Of a stretch of DNA of 64,000 nt, positions 49,491 through 62,669 are shown one piece after another; the stretch's first letter is position 1, and each line of letters starts with the position of its first letter. The notes under the pieces are model-generated. The model was not told the DNA's origin. It made no database searches and was given only the letters and a program-made list of their open reading frames with translations. This stretch comes from Callorhinchus milii. Its lineage: Eukaryota. The stretch is taken from positions 33,544,001-33,608,000 of the forward strand of contig NW_024704742.1 of the NCBI RefSeq assembly GCF_018977255.1, written 5' to 3'. The translations under genes and the position numbers were made by a program.

Positions 49491-51180
49491 GAGGTTTGTA
49501 AGTGGGAATTGAACAGATTTCACAACATGAGCCCCTACTTAAAACAGGTAATAAAACATTCTGCCTCACTTCGACTCCACATATAATTAGGATTCTAGCA
49601 AAGCTGTACAAAAAATTGTCAATGAGGTTTAATTGGGAGTGATTTATAAGAGCCAGTTATACTGTCTGAGGCACAAATGAGGAATCTTGCCAATAACCAG
49701 GTGTGACACAATGACCCAGTGGAGCTCCGCTCTACTATGGACCCAATGTTCCCGTGGGCCAGTGAGAAGCAATTCGGTTTAAAGGCAGCAGTTGTGTTTG
49801 TGATTTGGAGTCCATATTAATATGCTCCAAGACGTTACCCTGGGTGAAGGGAAATATATAAATGCAAGTTGTTGTTATAATGAACTCAGTTATAAACCAT
49901 CACAAATTAGGCCACAATGAGCTCAAAACTCCTAACTGTTAAGAGCAGCTCGGAGCACCTGAGTGCTGTTTACCAATCATAGAGTACAGCCAGACCAAAC
50001 CATGCTTCATGAAAGAATGCAGGTTTTTCCAAGTAGTGGAATACCATTGACAATGTTGAGAAAAAGTTTCCAACTGTGGAGCCGTCAGCTGGTGCAACAC
50101 AAATACAACAATCTAAGCTTCAGTGATGTATAAAACTATATCACAGGGAGATATATTTATACTTACTATGGTGTTTTGATGGGTTTATCTAAGGTTTTCC
50201 TTCTATATTAAACAAACACTTGCTTGGTTTATTATAGGCTGTTCTGTTGTACATCAAAAATGTCCTTTCAATGGAAGAAAAAGGAAATGACTGATAAATC
50301 TTCAGTACCAGAATTTCTTGAATAACAACAAAATTACACTTGTACAGCGCCTTTCATGTCGGGATGATGTCCCTGAAATAGGTGAAACTCAAGAGTTTTG
50401 AGAAAAAGTGACAGATACGACCCAATAACTTCCAATCCACATACCAAGCAATATTCAGTGGGTCAAACATTGATAACAAGATAGCTGATACAGTATATCA
50501 AATTCACAGTTGTTTGTTTCCACACTTCAGTCACTATGTTAGAACTGGTATCAGTTGGTGTTGAAAGCTTAAGATTGAATAAGCCCCAACTTCCTCATAG
50601 ATTTACCTTAAATACTTTTATCTTAGAATTGAACATTGTGCAGCATTCATTCTTGATTTGAAAATCCGCAGTCATTATACTTTGCAGTAAGTTCTGTGAG
50701 GTGCTTTGAGATGTCTGTCCAACATTCTTGCTACGTAAAAGATGTAAGATTATTATTTTGTTCCCAATAGCACAAATGCAAAGATTATTATTACAATAGC
50801 ACTCTGTCTCCAGCTATTTTTTCCCTTATGAGTGAGAAAAATTCTACATAAAGGTTGAATAAATGATGAAGAATAAAATGCTGCTTAAACAGTGATGCAG
50901 TACAAGATTATTCCATCTTCTGTGCAATTACAATACTGGCTCCTCAGCTGCATCTTCTCACCTGGAGGTAGCACTGCACATCAAATAACATCAAGGTTCA
51001 GCGTCTGATGTCACTGTGCCTTGTAGTATTACCAGCTTGCATTTCTGTATTAATAGTTCAAGGTGTTTTTTTTTGCTATGGAATGGGACATTGAACTAGT
51101 CTCATCCTAAGAACTTTCAGTGTTTCAATATTATTGGTGGCAAATTCCACCCAGATCTATATTTACTCTATTTAATTTAA

Positions 51181-51237
51181 CATTTCAGAGCATCCAGAAT
51201 TTGACAAATTGTTGAATTCAGTCTTAACTTTGAAGCC
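51181..51237 (+). repeat. Dispersed copy related to 4863-4917
   Basis: catttcagagcatccagaatttgacaaattgttgaattcagtcttaactttgaag vs catttcagagtcttcagaagtttccaaattgttgggttcagtctaaactttgaag. Confidence 0.65.
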
Positions 51238-53061
51238 AATTCAAAATTAAGGCTATAATTAAGAATTTGCCCAGAATACAAGAGAGCACTGAATAGAGCA
51301 GCCAAGTAGGGACGCCTGGCACAGGGAAACAGGAATTGAACAAGACTGACTGCCTGTGGAGCTATAAACCAGTCAGTTCAGTACAGTAGATGGCAAGACA
51401 TCAAGACCGCTGTGCAATAAAAGTTTACAATCTAAATTTATTTGTAAGGCATGTGTACTCCAGTTTTACAAAGTTAATTAAATTCAAAGTTAGAATACAT
51501 TGTTAGATATTGACTGCTGTTCCCGAAATGTAGCGAATCAATTAATAGAAACTGTTCACTTGTGTTCAGATACAAAATAGCTTGAGTTCCAACAATCCAG
51601 GTACACAACTGAGCCTTATTGATACCAGTATGTGTGATGAAATGCTGGAAAATCTCTACCCCAGAGGTTTGTGTGCGTGACTTACTTGCGTCCCAATTCA
51701 AAAGGGACAGGAATGATATGGTTTATATTTAGAAACTATTTTGATCCTAAGGTTAAATGGTGCATAGACTGTATGGAGCTCACAAGTTTAATCACTTCAT
51801 TGTCACATAACGGACACAGCTTTAGAAATGCTGAACCTTATCCACACCCAGTGCTAAATAAAGTATTTATAGCTTTCCATTCACCACACTGTGTTCAACA
51901 ATTTTGAATTACAATCTGCAATATTTACCAGTTTATTTAATTTAAGTTTGTCTAAAACAACAGCAGGGTCAACTCAAGGGTGGAACGGATTGTACAAGCA
52001 AGTCTGTAGACAAAATCAAATGGAATTGAATGATACATAATACAAGTGGGTTATTCACCAAGCTTTACCAACCTTTGGCAATATGCACTTTTAATGGAAA
52101 ATCCCATAATAAGGACGAACAATCAGGGGTCAGTAAAATTACTGACCAGTTGAAAATAACTGCCTCCCTTCCCTCCTGGTATGAAAATGCATTCTAAAGT
52201 TGTGTCAAATTGAGGAAATGTGCATTTTGTTCAAGAATTTTTAAAAAATTAAAATGTCAAATATTTCCTGGACCCTTCTTTAGAAAGTACATAGATGTGG
52301 GCACAGTTGCCTACTTGTGATGGTGTGTTTGTCTACAACTCTCCAGAATAGGTGCTTTTTTTTTTTGCTTTGTATGTTTCCATTCAGCTGATGCTCTCAG
52401 CTCTTACAGCTAATCAGACTAACACAGCTAACTTAATTCATTGCTCCATATAGATTTATTGGTATGTCAGGATTCAGCTCTCGGAAATGAGAAAGTTAAA
52501 TTGGAAAATCTTAAGTGAGTTATTAACCAGTGCAATAACCACATGGTTAAAAATAAAATATTGCACGCTGTCAGCAATTCTGCTGTTTAAGCCACAATTT
52601 AAAACTATTATTTTTTCATCCTTTTCCATATGTCCCCATTCTATGTGCCATTCTTCACAAAGAGGTCAACCAGCCCATTGCCAATGCTGCTCTAACCATG
52701 TGTGTAGTGTATTAATAGTGACACAGTGATGAAGAGTAGAGAAACAAGTATATTGTGCAGTCACTCGACAGCACTCCTCATGGATCAACCATTGTATGAT
52801 ATGACCATTATTGTAATGAGCCAGATGCTGTTGATCACTGTGCCGGATCCCTTGCTAAAACATACATCTATGCAGATGCTGAGTAAGGTCAGAACTGACC
52901 TTGACTATGATGTCCTCCTTTCAAAAACATTCTGGAAGGATGAGATCAAATGAGGCGAAACGCCTTCTTCAACTAAATTTCTCTTGTGATTCTTTCCACT
53001 TTTTCCCCTCCTTGCAGGGAAGCAATATACAGTAATCCTCGTTCTTACCAGACTCCGAATA

Positions 53062-53380
53062 TTGGAATTCAAATCTAGACGGACCGGACTCAAAACCAAA
53101 GATTATAAACAATTCCGTGCCACGAGGGTGTAGACTTCCTCTGGCCCACTGACCTAGTGTGTGCCAACATTACTCTGAGCAGCCTCGTTTTCTTTGCTGG
53201 GCTTCACAACGGCCAGGAATATCGACTTTAGCTCAGCTTGTTTAAATCCTTTATTCGCTGTCTTCTGCTCGCGGGATTCAACCAATTACAATGTCAATCC
53301 CGGCATTTATGAGTTTTTTGGGAAAAATGCAGGTAAATACCAGTATCAGCGTTGTAATTACACTTAGCCAGAAATTCCAG
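53062..53380 (-). repeat. Unclassified hairpin-rich interspersed repeat, copy 2
   Basis: gcgggattcaaccaattacaatg and ttgtaattacacttagccagaaattc mirror 11680-11993. Confidence 0.75.
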
Positions 53381-54322
53381 CTTGCTGGACCGGATCTCCC
53401 CCGCCCACCCATTAATCTGTCCGTGCATCGCACCCTCACCAACACAAAACATTAATACAGCAATACACTGCCCAATTCTATTTGCCCCAGGATACAATAG
53501 AATTACAATTAGACTGTTACCCAGCATCACAGCTCATTCACAATGAAATAAAGCAAACTGACAATTTTTGGATAATAACTCCATAAAAACAGGTGAAGTG
53601 CATATGTTAGTTTGGTAACTGCAATAGTTGCAGGCAAGAGCAGATTATTGGTCCATTCTGCCTTCCCATATGGATTTCATTTCAATTTCTCATACATCAT
53701 ACCAGAATTTCACCTTCTAAACACAGTGTAGCAGTCAATGGGATCGGATATTTGTACAGTATGAGATCATTACAATTCTGCAATAATTTTCAGTTGGTAA
53801 AAATGATTAATGAGCTACAGATGTTATTTTACAAAAGGAACCAAACATATTATTCTGCTAACTTTCTTTGCCATAAGAACCCTCGAAATAGTTTCAAGGT
53901 TTGCTCTTTGTATTATTGGCAGCCTGTTAGCAAAAATGAGGCTTCTGAATGACAAAGCCTTCTTATTGATAAACATAACTTGCCACACCTAAGATGTTTA
54001 AACAATCATGTCAATTTTGCAGATCAGTCTAACCTAACATTTATAGTTATCTTATTTTAAAAATGAAGGATTAACAATCCTGCAAGTTTTGATAAAGAAA
54101 AGGTTCAGGAAATCCTCCCAACAGCTATCAAAGTGTAATGACAGGTGAGATCAATTGGGCAAAGGGTCTTTATCCAATACCTTCTGAGAATTGTATACAT
54201 TGTATGAATTCCATTGTAAATAAATCACTCACTCACGTTGTGTGTATTTTGTGCTTTTCACAAAGAAAATTACAGGCACCAGCCCTCTCCAGTACCTCAC
54301 CCACAAGATTAATATTCATACA

Positions 54323-54607
54323 GGAGTTCTATAGTTCAGTGATTACACTCGCCTCGCAAGTGAGAAACCTGGGTTTGATTTCCAGCAGGGTGAAATGTTG
54401 GGCAAGTTTCCTTACTCCACACACCTCTGTTTACCTAGCAGTGAGTAGGAACCCGGTTGCTACTCGATTGGCAGATCGCTTTTCTGGGGTTAATAATTCC
54501 TTAAAAAAAATCCACGACTGTTTGTGGGGCACTGCTGAGCGCAATTGACTGCTGCGTTTTGCCGACAAAATATACAGTTAATTCACTTTACAGTATATTG
54601 TGTGAAG
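54323..54607 (+). mobile_element. tRNA-derived SINE lacking its terminal tail
   Basis: Colinear with 1689-2000, ending at ctgtgaag-like tgtgaag. Confidence 0.9.
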
Positions 54608-54896
54608 ACTGTGGAGGGCTTTGAAGGTGAGGACCGGGATCTTGAACTGTATCCTCTGTGTGATGGGATGCCAGTGGAGTTGGGCAAGGATGGGGTGATA
54701 GGGTCACGGAGCCTGGTGCGGGAGAGGACACGGGCTGCAGAATTCTGGATGATCTGCAGTCTGTGGAGGGAGGAGTTGGGGAGGTCGACAAGCAGTGAGT
54801 TTGCATAGTTGAGCCTCGATGTAATGAAGGCGTGTATGAGAGTTTCGGCGGCCTGCGATGTGAGGCATTGCCAGAGCCGGGCGACGTTGCAGAGGT
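54608..54896 (-). mobile_element. L2 ORF2 internal segment
   Basis: HLCNVARL...AAETLIHAFITSRLNYANSLL...LHWHPITQRIQFKI. Confidence 0.9.
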
Positions 54897-54899
54897 GGG

Positions 54900-55032
54900 C
54901 TCCTACTTACTGCTAGGTAAACAGAGGTGTGTGGAGTAAGGTAATTCACCAAACGTTTAACCAAGCCAGAAATTGAACCCAGGTCCTCTCGCTTGCCAGA
55001 CGAGTGCTCTAACTACTGAGCTACAGGACTCC
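54900..55032 (-). mobile_element. tRNA-derived SINE 5' half
   Basis: Minus strand GGAGTCCTGTAGCTCAGTAGTTAGAGCACTCG...GGGTTCAATT...tgtttacctagcagtaag. Confidence 0.88.
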
Positions 55033-55044
55033 ACGGATGCTACT

Positions 55045-55499
55045 ATGGATAAGGGACTTCAGTTATGTGGAGAGACGAGAGAAGCTAGAATTGTTCTCTT
55101 GAGAGCAGAGAAGGTTAAGGGGACATTTAATAGAAGTATTCAAAATTATGAGGAGTTTTGATAGAGTGAGAAACTGTTTCCACCCGCAGGTGGGTCAGTA
55201 ACCAGGAGACATAGATTTAAGACAATTGGCAAAAGGACCAAAGGGGAGATGGGGAGAATTTTTTTTTTTATATAAACGAAGAGAGTTGTTATGGTCTGGA
55301 ATGCACTGCCTGAAAGGTGGTGGAAACAGATTCAGTAACAACTTTCAAAAGGGAATTGGATAGGTACTTGAATAGGAAAAATTACAAGGATGTGAGGAAA
55401 GAGCGGGGGAGTGGGATTGATTGGGTAGCTCTTCCAAAAAGTCAGCACAGGCACGATGGGCCGAATGGCCTCCTTCTGTGCTGTAATATTCTATGATTT
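55045..55499 (+). mobile_element. CR1 LINE 3' end
   Basis: KLELFS...RRLRG.LIEVFKIMR...TRRHRFK...VWNALP; tail ggccgaatggcctccttctgtgctgtaatattctatgatt. Confidence 0.9.
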
Positions 55500-55853
55500 A
55501 ACAACAATAACAATAATCTTTCCATTGGATATAGCGCCTAATCACATTGCTGTGGAGACGTCTAAAAGCACTTCACAGAATATACTGGAAAGAGAATTAA
55601 CTATATTTTGTGGGTGAAATGCGTAGGTAATTACACACAGCAGTGTCCCACAAACAGTTGGTTTGAATGACCAAAATTTTTTTTTGAAAGGAACATTACC
55701 CCAGAAAACAATCCACCAATCGACTAACAACTGGGTACTTCCTTACTGCTAGGTAAACAGTGGTGTGTTGAATAAGCAAACTTGCCTAAGGTTTCACCCT
55801 ACCTGGGAATCAAAATTGGATCCTCTCACGTGCGAGATGAGTGCTCTAACCAT
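55500..55853 (-). mobile_element. tRNA-derived SINE
   Basis: Reverse complement of the 1689-2055 family. Confidence 0.88.
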
Positions 55854-56784
55854 TACAATACTGACAAATTGCTCAACATGCTAAGGCCTTTAGTTATGCA
55901 GGCTGACTATATATTGAATTGCTTATTTTTATTATTTAGCAAGCATTGACACTATAAGACTGTATTTCTCTTCAGTAGATCTCGGCACTTATTTTCAGAA
56001 AAAAAATCACAGGATCATTAATAAGCAAAAATTACATGTGCCTTGGTTTACACGTAGGTTGTTTTGTAGGATTAAAATCTAGTAAAAGGGGCTTAAAAAC
56101 TTGCATCAGAAATGACAGCAAAAGGCTGAAAATTCAGGTGCGGCCCCAGAGGCTCTATATAAATGTAAATTGTATTGTACTGAATCACACATACCTGCGT
56201 CCCACCACTGTGAGGCTCTCTAACACACTGTGCCATCACAAGAGTATTTTATTAAATACTCTCTATATTTTATATTTTACAAAACGCAGTCTGTAGATGG
56301 AGACTAACATACTGTATAGATTTTGGTGCTAATCAGTAACCTTGTTAGACGTGAAGTGGCAATGCCATGGGATACCGTTCAGTTTAGGCTATAAATATTG
56401 TGTGGAGCAGACGATGTTCACAGGGCTTTTCTTTAGATGTATCGGAAGCTTTATAAAGGGGATAAGGGTGGGCTCTTTATTTATGAATGGACAAGCAGTA
56501 AAAAAATGTAATAACTCATAATGCAACTCTAGTAGTCAGTGACCATATTTGGAAGGGCTCAGCAAAAGGAGAATTAGCCACTAAGGGAAATGAACGAGAT
56601 GTTTGTCCCTGTGTAAGAGACTTTCAGCACATGAGCACATGACCCTCCCTCTTTCCACTGCAGACCCCACCCATTATTTTGTCACAGGAGGCATTTGGCA
56701 AACCATCCCACAAGAAGTTTGGAAAGTCCAAAGAGAATTATGGCATTTCATTTAATTAATTGGAATTGGAAAGATCCAGAGACA

Positions 56785-57048
56785 AATTCAAGCATGGGCA
56801 TTAGTTTAAGTAAACAAGCAAATGAAGAGGTTAGGAGAAATATTTGACACACAGTTAGGATATGGACGAGAGTAATGTTTGTGGCAGAATCCATATTGTT
56901 CTTCAAAAAGGAACTAGATAAATACCTTTAAAAAGTCAGCTAAAGAGATATGGGGAAAGAGCAGGTAAATGAGACTGAACAGATTGCTGTTAAAGGAGCT
57001 GGCACAAACATGATAGCCTTTTCTGTGCTGTGAATTTCTATGGTTCTG
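56785..57048 (+). mobile_element. CR1 LINE 3' end
   Basis: gggcattagtttaag...ttcaaaaaggaactagata...gccttttctgtgctgtgaatttctatgg. Confidence 0.75.
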
Positions 57049-57077
57049 TGAGGAATTTTATCTACTTCACTGGTGTA

Positions 57078-57757
57078 ACCTAGGCTGACACTCCAATCTA
57101 GTGCTGGAGGAAGCGCAGCATTGTCAGAAGTGCAATCCTTTGTATGAGATGTTAAATAATAATACATAATAATAATCCTTGCATTTGATGCAGCGCCTTA
57201 CCATGTTGTTGAGACATCACAAAATGCTTCATAGAATACACTGTAGAGTGGATTGACTGTATTTTGTGGGCGAAAGACACAAGAGCAATATTTTTTGGGA
57301 GGGTTTTATTACCCCCAGAAAGCGATCTGCCAATCAACTAACAACCGGGTTTCTATCTACTGCTAGATAAACAGAGTTGTGTGGAATAAGGGAAACGTTG
57401 CCTAAGGTTTCGCCTCACCCAGACTCAAACCATGTCCTCTCACTTGTGAGGCAAGCGCGCTAACCAGTATGCTGCATTGACTCCACAATTGAGGTCCTCT
57501 GTGCCTGTTCAGGTAAATGTTAAAAATCCCATGGCACTACTCATGAAGGAAGGGAGTTTCTCCGGGTGTCTCCTGGTCAATAATTCCTCAAAAAAAACTG
57601 TCATTCACTTTATGGCTGTTTGTGGGTCATTGCTGTGCCCAAATTGCCTGCCACGTTTGTCCACAAAACAGTCACTCTACAGTACATCCTAAGAAGAGCT
57701 TTGAGACATTTTTTGCAACATGAAAAATTCAATATCAAATGTAAGGATTATTATTAC
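57078..57757 (+). mobile_element. Deu-domain SINE interrupted by a tRNA-SINE
   Basis: ctaggctgacactcc...gagatgttaaa [insert] gaggtcctctgtgcc...aatcccatggcacta...tail. Confidence 0.8.
57157..57484 (-). mobile_element. tRNA-derived SINE nested in the Deu SINE
   Basis: aataataatccttgcatttgat tail through head end gactcc. Confidence 0.85.
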
Positions 57758-57794
57758 ACAAATATTCCACAGCCTCTTTCTAAGGGAAGGAAGA

Positions 57795-58295
57795 TAATAA
57801 AGCACTTGTAATTTTACAACGCTGTATCATGTCAAAAGTATCAAAGAGCTTTAAAGTAATTATTGTCGAGTGCAGTTACTGTTTTTGGAGGAAAACGTAG
57901 CAGCTATATTGTACAGTACAAAGTCCCATAAAAGTCATCAGATGAATCATCAATTATCTCTATGGAAGATATTTTGTTAGGAAACCAAAGGAAACATCCT
58001 TCTCTTTTTGAATATCGTAGTCATGAGATTTTTAATGTTCACCTAACAAATGCATGAGACTTGATTTAACATTTATCAGAAGGGCGGGACATTCGACAAT
58101 GCAGGACTCTCCTCAGTGCTGCATTGGGAGTGTTAGCCTAATCTACAACAACAACTTGCATTTATATAGCGCCCTTCACGCGGGGCAGTGTCCCGGAGCA
58201 CTTCAGCTATGAGTTCCTGGCCTGAGATTGAGTTTGAACCCGCAGTCTTCTGACCACAAAGGCTTGAGTCATGAACTGAGCTAAACTGGCACCTA
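57795..58295 (-). mobile_element. Deu-domain SINE containing a short L2-tail insertion (58146-58205)
   Basis: ttcgacaatgcag...gggagtgttagccta [caacaacaacttgcatttatatagcgccc...] aactgagctaaactggcacct. Confidence 0.75.
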
Positions 58296-58339
58296 AGTTT
58301 GTGCTGCCAAAGGGTACATCCCTTTTAAAGTGTACACTT

Positions 58340-58690
58340 ACAACAATTTACATAGTACCTTTTGCAACAGGAAGGTGTCTCAAATCTCTTCACAACAGCT
58401 GACTGGTAGCCAAGCTTGTGGGGGGGCAGGGGGAACTGAGGAGATAGGTGGTAGCTGAACCAATAATGTGGTGGAATAGGTTTTGAAGGTAGGGAGGGGC
58501 CAAGGCAGAAGGATTCGGTATGGAGTTCACAGAGCTAAAAATTCACCTACCGATGAAATGACATGGTGACATGATACACACCAGTGTTTGCTGAGTGGAG
58601 GGAGCAGAAGGAGCAATAAGATTCCAGGTGGTTGCATAAATACTATGGGCCAGGCCCATGGAGGAATTTGAAAGTGAGGACGAGGACCTA
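58340..58690 (-). mobile_element. Old L2 3' portion
   Basis: caacaatttacatag tail; ccatggaggaatttgaaagtgaggacgagg (LVLTFKFLHG on the minus strand). Confidence 0.7.
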
Positions 58691-59332
58691 GAAACACAAA
58701 AGCAACCTAAGAATAATGCTCAGTGAAAGCAATGTGCTTAACTGAGATCCTGTGGAACCAAAGTATAAGAGTGGCGAGCATTGCTCCAATAGTTTTCTTG
58801 GATATTTCCAGTAGCATCACATACTGACAGCTGGCAGCAAAATACAATACATTCAACTAACTTGAATGCAGCACTTTGCAAAACAGTCTAATCGACAGCA
58901 GAGGTTTAGTCCCTTGGGAAAGGAAATAGTTGAAGGTTTGTCAAATCAAATCAGCAGAAAAGTTATTTTTATACATCAGCATCGGCACTTGGATCCTTTA
59001 AGTAAGTTATAGAAGGTTTTAAGCCCCAAATTCCACCAATTTGCAGCCTTTTGGTTAGAATCATAGAATCATGGAATCGTACAGCACAAAGAGGCCATTT
59101 GGCCCATCGAGTCTGTGCCGGCTCTTTGAAAAGTACAATGTAATGTTAATCCAACTCCCCAGCCCTTTCCCCATAACCCTGCAAACCCGTCCTCCTCAAA
59201 TACCAATCCACCGAGTTTTTAAAAGTTGTTATCGAATCGGCCTCGACCACCCTTTCAGACAATGCGTTCCAGATTCGAACAACTTCTCACCTCCCCTCTG
59301 CTTCTTTTAGAAACTATTTTAAATCTGTGACC

Positions 59333-61817
59333 TCAAGTCACCGACACACCCACCAGTGGAAACAGTTTTTCCCTTTCTAACCTGTCAAATCCCCTCATGA
59401 TTTTGAAAACCTCTATTAGATCTCCTCTTAACCTTCTCTGCTCCAATGAGAATAATTCCAGCCTCTTTAGCCTTTCCTCATAATCAAGATCCCTCATTCC
59501 TAGTACCATCCTTGTAAATCTCCTCTGCACCCTTTCCAATGCATTAACATCCTTCCTATAGTATGGTGCCCAGAACTGGGCGCAATATTCTAACTGAGGC
59601 CTAACCAGTGTTTTATATAGGTTAATCATAACCTCTTGACTCTTGTACTCTATGCCCCTATTTATAAAGCCTAGTATCCCGTATGCCCTTTTTACAGCTT
59701 TATCTACCTGTCCTGTCACCTTCAAGGATTCATTTACCTGAACCCCAGGTCTCTCTGTTCCTTCAACCCCCCCCTTAAGATTGTATTACCAGCCTATATT
59801 GCCTCCCCTCATTCTTTCTTCCAAAATGCATTACCTCGCATTTCTCCACATTGAAATTCATCTGCCATGTTTTTGCCCATTTTACCATTCTGTCTACATC
59901 TTCCTGCAGTTGGCTACTATCCTTCTCACTGTTTACTATCCTACTTAACTTTGTGTCGTCTGCAAACTTGGAAATGGTACTTGCTATATCCAAGTCCAGA
60001 TCATTTATGTGTATTAAAAAGAGCAGTGGTCCCAATACCGATCCCTGGGGGAGGCCACTGTACACTTCCCTCCAGTCAGAAAAGCAACCATTCACCGCAA
60101 CTCTCTGCTTTCTGGCTCCCAGGCAGTTCTGAATCCATGCTGCCACTGTCCCTTTTATACCATGGGCTTCTATTTTTCTTACAAGTCTTTTATGTGGCAC
60201 TTTGTCAAATGCCTTTTGAAACCATATAAACTACATCAACTGCACTACCTTCATCCACCCTCTACATTACCTCATCGAAAAATTCTATTAGATTTGTTAG
60301 ACAAGATTTGCCTTTAACAAATCCGTGCCGGCTGTCCCTAATTAACCCATATTCTTCTAAGTGAAGATTTATTTTGTCCCAGATTATAGTCTCCAGGAGT
60401 TTTCTTACTCTGATGTTAGGCTGACTGGCCTGTAGTTCCCAGGTTGTCCTTCTGCCCCTTTTTGTTCAGGGGAGTAACATTAGCCACTCTCCAGTCCTCT
60501 GGCACCACCCCTGTGTCCAACAAAGATTGAAAAATTGTAGCCAAAGTCTCCGCTATTTGTACCTGTGCCTCCCATAGTAACCTTGGCTGTATCCCGTCCA
60601 GACCGGGCGACTTGTCTACCTTGAGCCCAGTCAACCTTTTCAGTACTTCCTCTCTGTTTATACTTATCCCATCCATTTCCTCTACCTTCTCCTCCGATAC
60701 TGCGGCATTTGGTGCATCCACTTCTTTTGTGAAGACAAATACAAAGTACTCATTCAGTATATCACCCATGCCCTCTGCCTTGGTCCTTAATTGGCCCCAC
60801 GCTACCTTTGACTAACCATTTTTTCTTGATATATTTGTAAAATATTTTAGAATTCCCTTTAATGTTACCCGCTAACTTTTTTTCATATAATCTTTTTGCC
60901 CCTCTTATTTCCTTTTTCAGTTCTCTTCTGTACTTCCAATATTCTATTTGGTTGTCTTCTGTATCTTGGGCTTGACATTTGTCATACGCCTCCTTTTTCT
61001 GCTTCATTCAAGACACAATTACCTTTGTCATCCAGGGAGGTTTGGATGCCCTACTTTTCCCTTTTGTGGGAATGTATTCATTCTGTCCCCAAGCTATCTC
61101 ATCCTTGAAGACTTCCCACTGCTCTTTAGTTGTTTTACCTGCCAATCTTTCTTTCCAGTCCACCTTGGCTAGGTCCCTTTTTAACTCACTGAAATTAGCC
61201 CTCTTCCAGTTGAATATCTTCACCTTTGATTGTTCCTTGTCCCTTTCCATATGCACTCTGAATCTAATGATGTTGTGATCATTATTACCCAGATGCTCTC
61301 CCACTGAAACCTGCTCCACTTGCCCTACTTCATTCTCCAGAACTAGATCCAGCACTGCTTCCTTCCAAGAATGTTGTCCTGTACACATTTTAGAAATCTT
61401 TCCCCCTCCTTGCCCTTTGCGCTGTTGTTTTGCCAGTCTATGTTGGGATAATTAAAGTCCCCCATTATCACGACTCTATTGGCCTTGCGTCTGTCTGAGA
61501 TCTGCTTGCAGCGTAACAGTTCCTTTTTTGTTCCTTAACTCTAACCAGATAGATTCTGTTTTGGGGCCCTCCAGCACCTGGACCCTTTCCACGGCTATAA
61601 CCGTATCCTTGATTAATATTGCCACTCCCCCTCCTTTTCTTCCTTCCCTATCCCTCCTGAATACATTATAGCCAGGAATATTCAGCTCCCATTCCTGTCC
61701 TTGATTGAGCCAAGTCTCTGTTACTGCTACTACATCATATTCCCCTATGACCACTTGAGCCTGCAGCTCACCAATCTTGTTTGCTAAACTCCGTGCATTT
61801 AGGCACATGCACTCCAA
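59333..61817 (-). pseudogene. CR1 ORF2 (APE endonuclease plus reverse transcriptase), frameshifted and partly deleted
   Basis: CLNARSL...VAVTETWL...RRDR...GGGVA; LDLVL...DHNII; KSPGLDGI; PQGSVLGPLLFLIHINDL; FADDTKL; YKTLVRPQLEYC. Confidence 0.95.
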
Positions 61818-61904
61818 GACTGACTTGACCTGTTCTGCACCCCCCCCCCACCGTTTGATTTCTCCATTTTCTTGCCCATTGTTTTTTTACATTCCCTTCC
61901 CCCC

Positions 61905-62300
61905 TCAAAACGAGTTTAAACCCTCCTCTACAGTATTAGATAGCCTGTCTGCAAGGACATTCGCCCCAGCCCTGTTTAGGTGCAACCCATCCATGTGGCA
62001 CAGGTCCCACCTGCCCCAGAATTGGTCCCAATGATCCAGAAACCTGAAGCCCTCTTTTCTGGACCATTTCTCCAGCCAAGCATTCATATGCTTGAACCTG
62101 TCATTATGGTATTTATTTGCCCGAGGCACAGGGAGTAATCCAGAGATCACCACCTTGGATGTTCTATTCTTTAGTTTGTTCCTCAGCTTTTGATATTCTC
62201 CCTGTAGCATCTCAGCCCTTTTTTTTAAAATCAATATCATGGATCCCAACGTGGACCACCACTTCTGGATGTTCCCCTTCCCCCTGAAGAACTTTATCAA
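61905..62300 (-). pseudogene. CR1 ORF1 C-terminal SGNH/esterase-like domain remnant
   Basis: KVVISGLLPVPRA...MNAWLEKWSRKEGFRFLDHW...DGLHLNRAGANVLA (DxxH motif). Confidence 0.85.
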
Positions 62301-62669
62301 TCTGTTCCATGACGTCTGAGTTACTTCACCAGCACAAGCTCAAATCATTGATTCAGAAAACATTTTGCCATCTGTCCTTAAGTACCTCTTGAGTGATAAA
62401 GACATGACAACATCAATGGACTGAATAAGATACTCACTGAGAGATCAGCCTGTCAAAACCTTGGAGAGCAGATTTACGCTGTCTGACAAGGTATGGGATT
62501 ACAAGTTAAAAAATCAAGATAAAAACAACTTGCATTTATATAGCACCCTTCATGCAGAGTAGCATCCTGGAGTGCTTGATAAGAACCACTCCAGCATTAT
62601 CTTCTCAATCTATCAGGTCACTGGAACTGGGGTTAGACAGGGTGGGTGATGGACCATAATGGGTAATAG

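Larger units (their letters stand above)
59056..62320 (-). mobile_element. Long degenerate CR1 LINE (ORF1 C-terminus, ORF2 APE and RT, 3' UTR, (GATTCTAT)n tail)
   Basis: tagaatcatagaatcatggaatc tail; successive minus-strand ORFs with CR1 motifs. Confidence 0.97.

Noticed and set aside
52684..52702. Similarity to miR-218 (tctaaccatgt)
   Set aside because: Seed region does not match and no precursor hairpin is evident.
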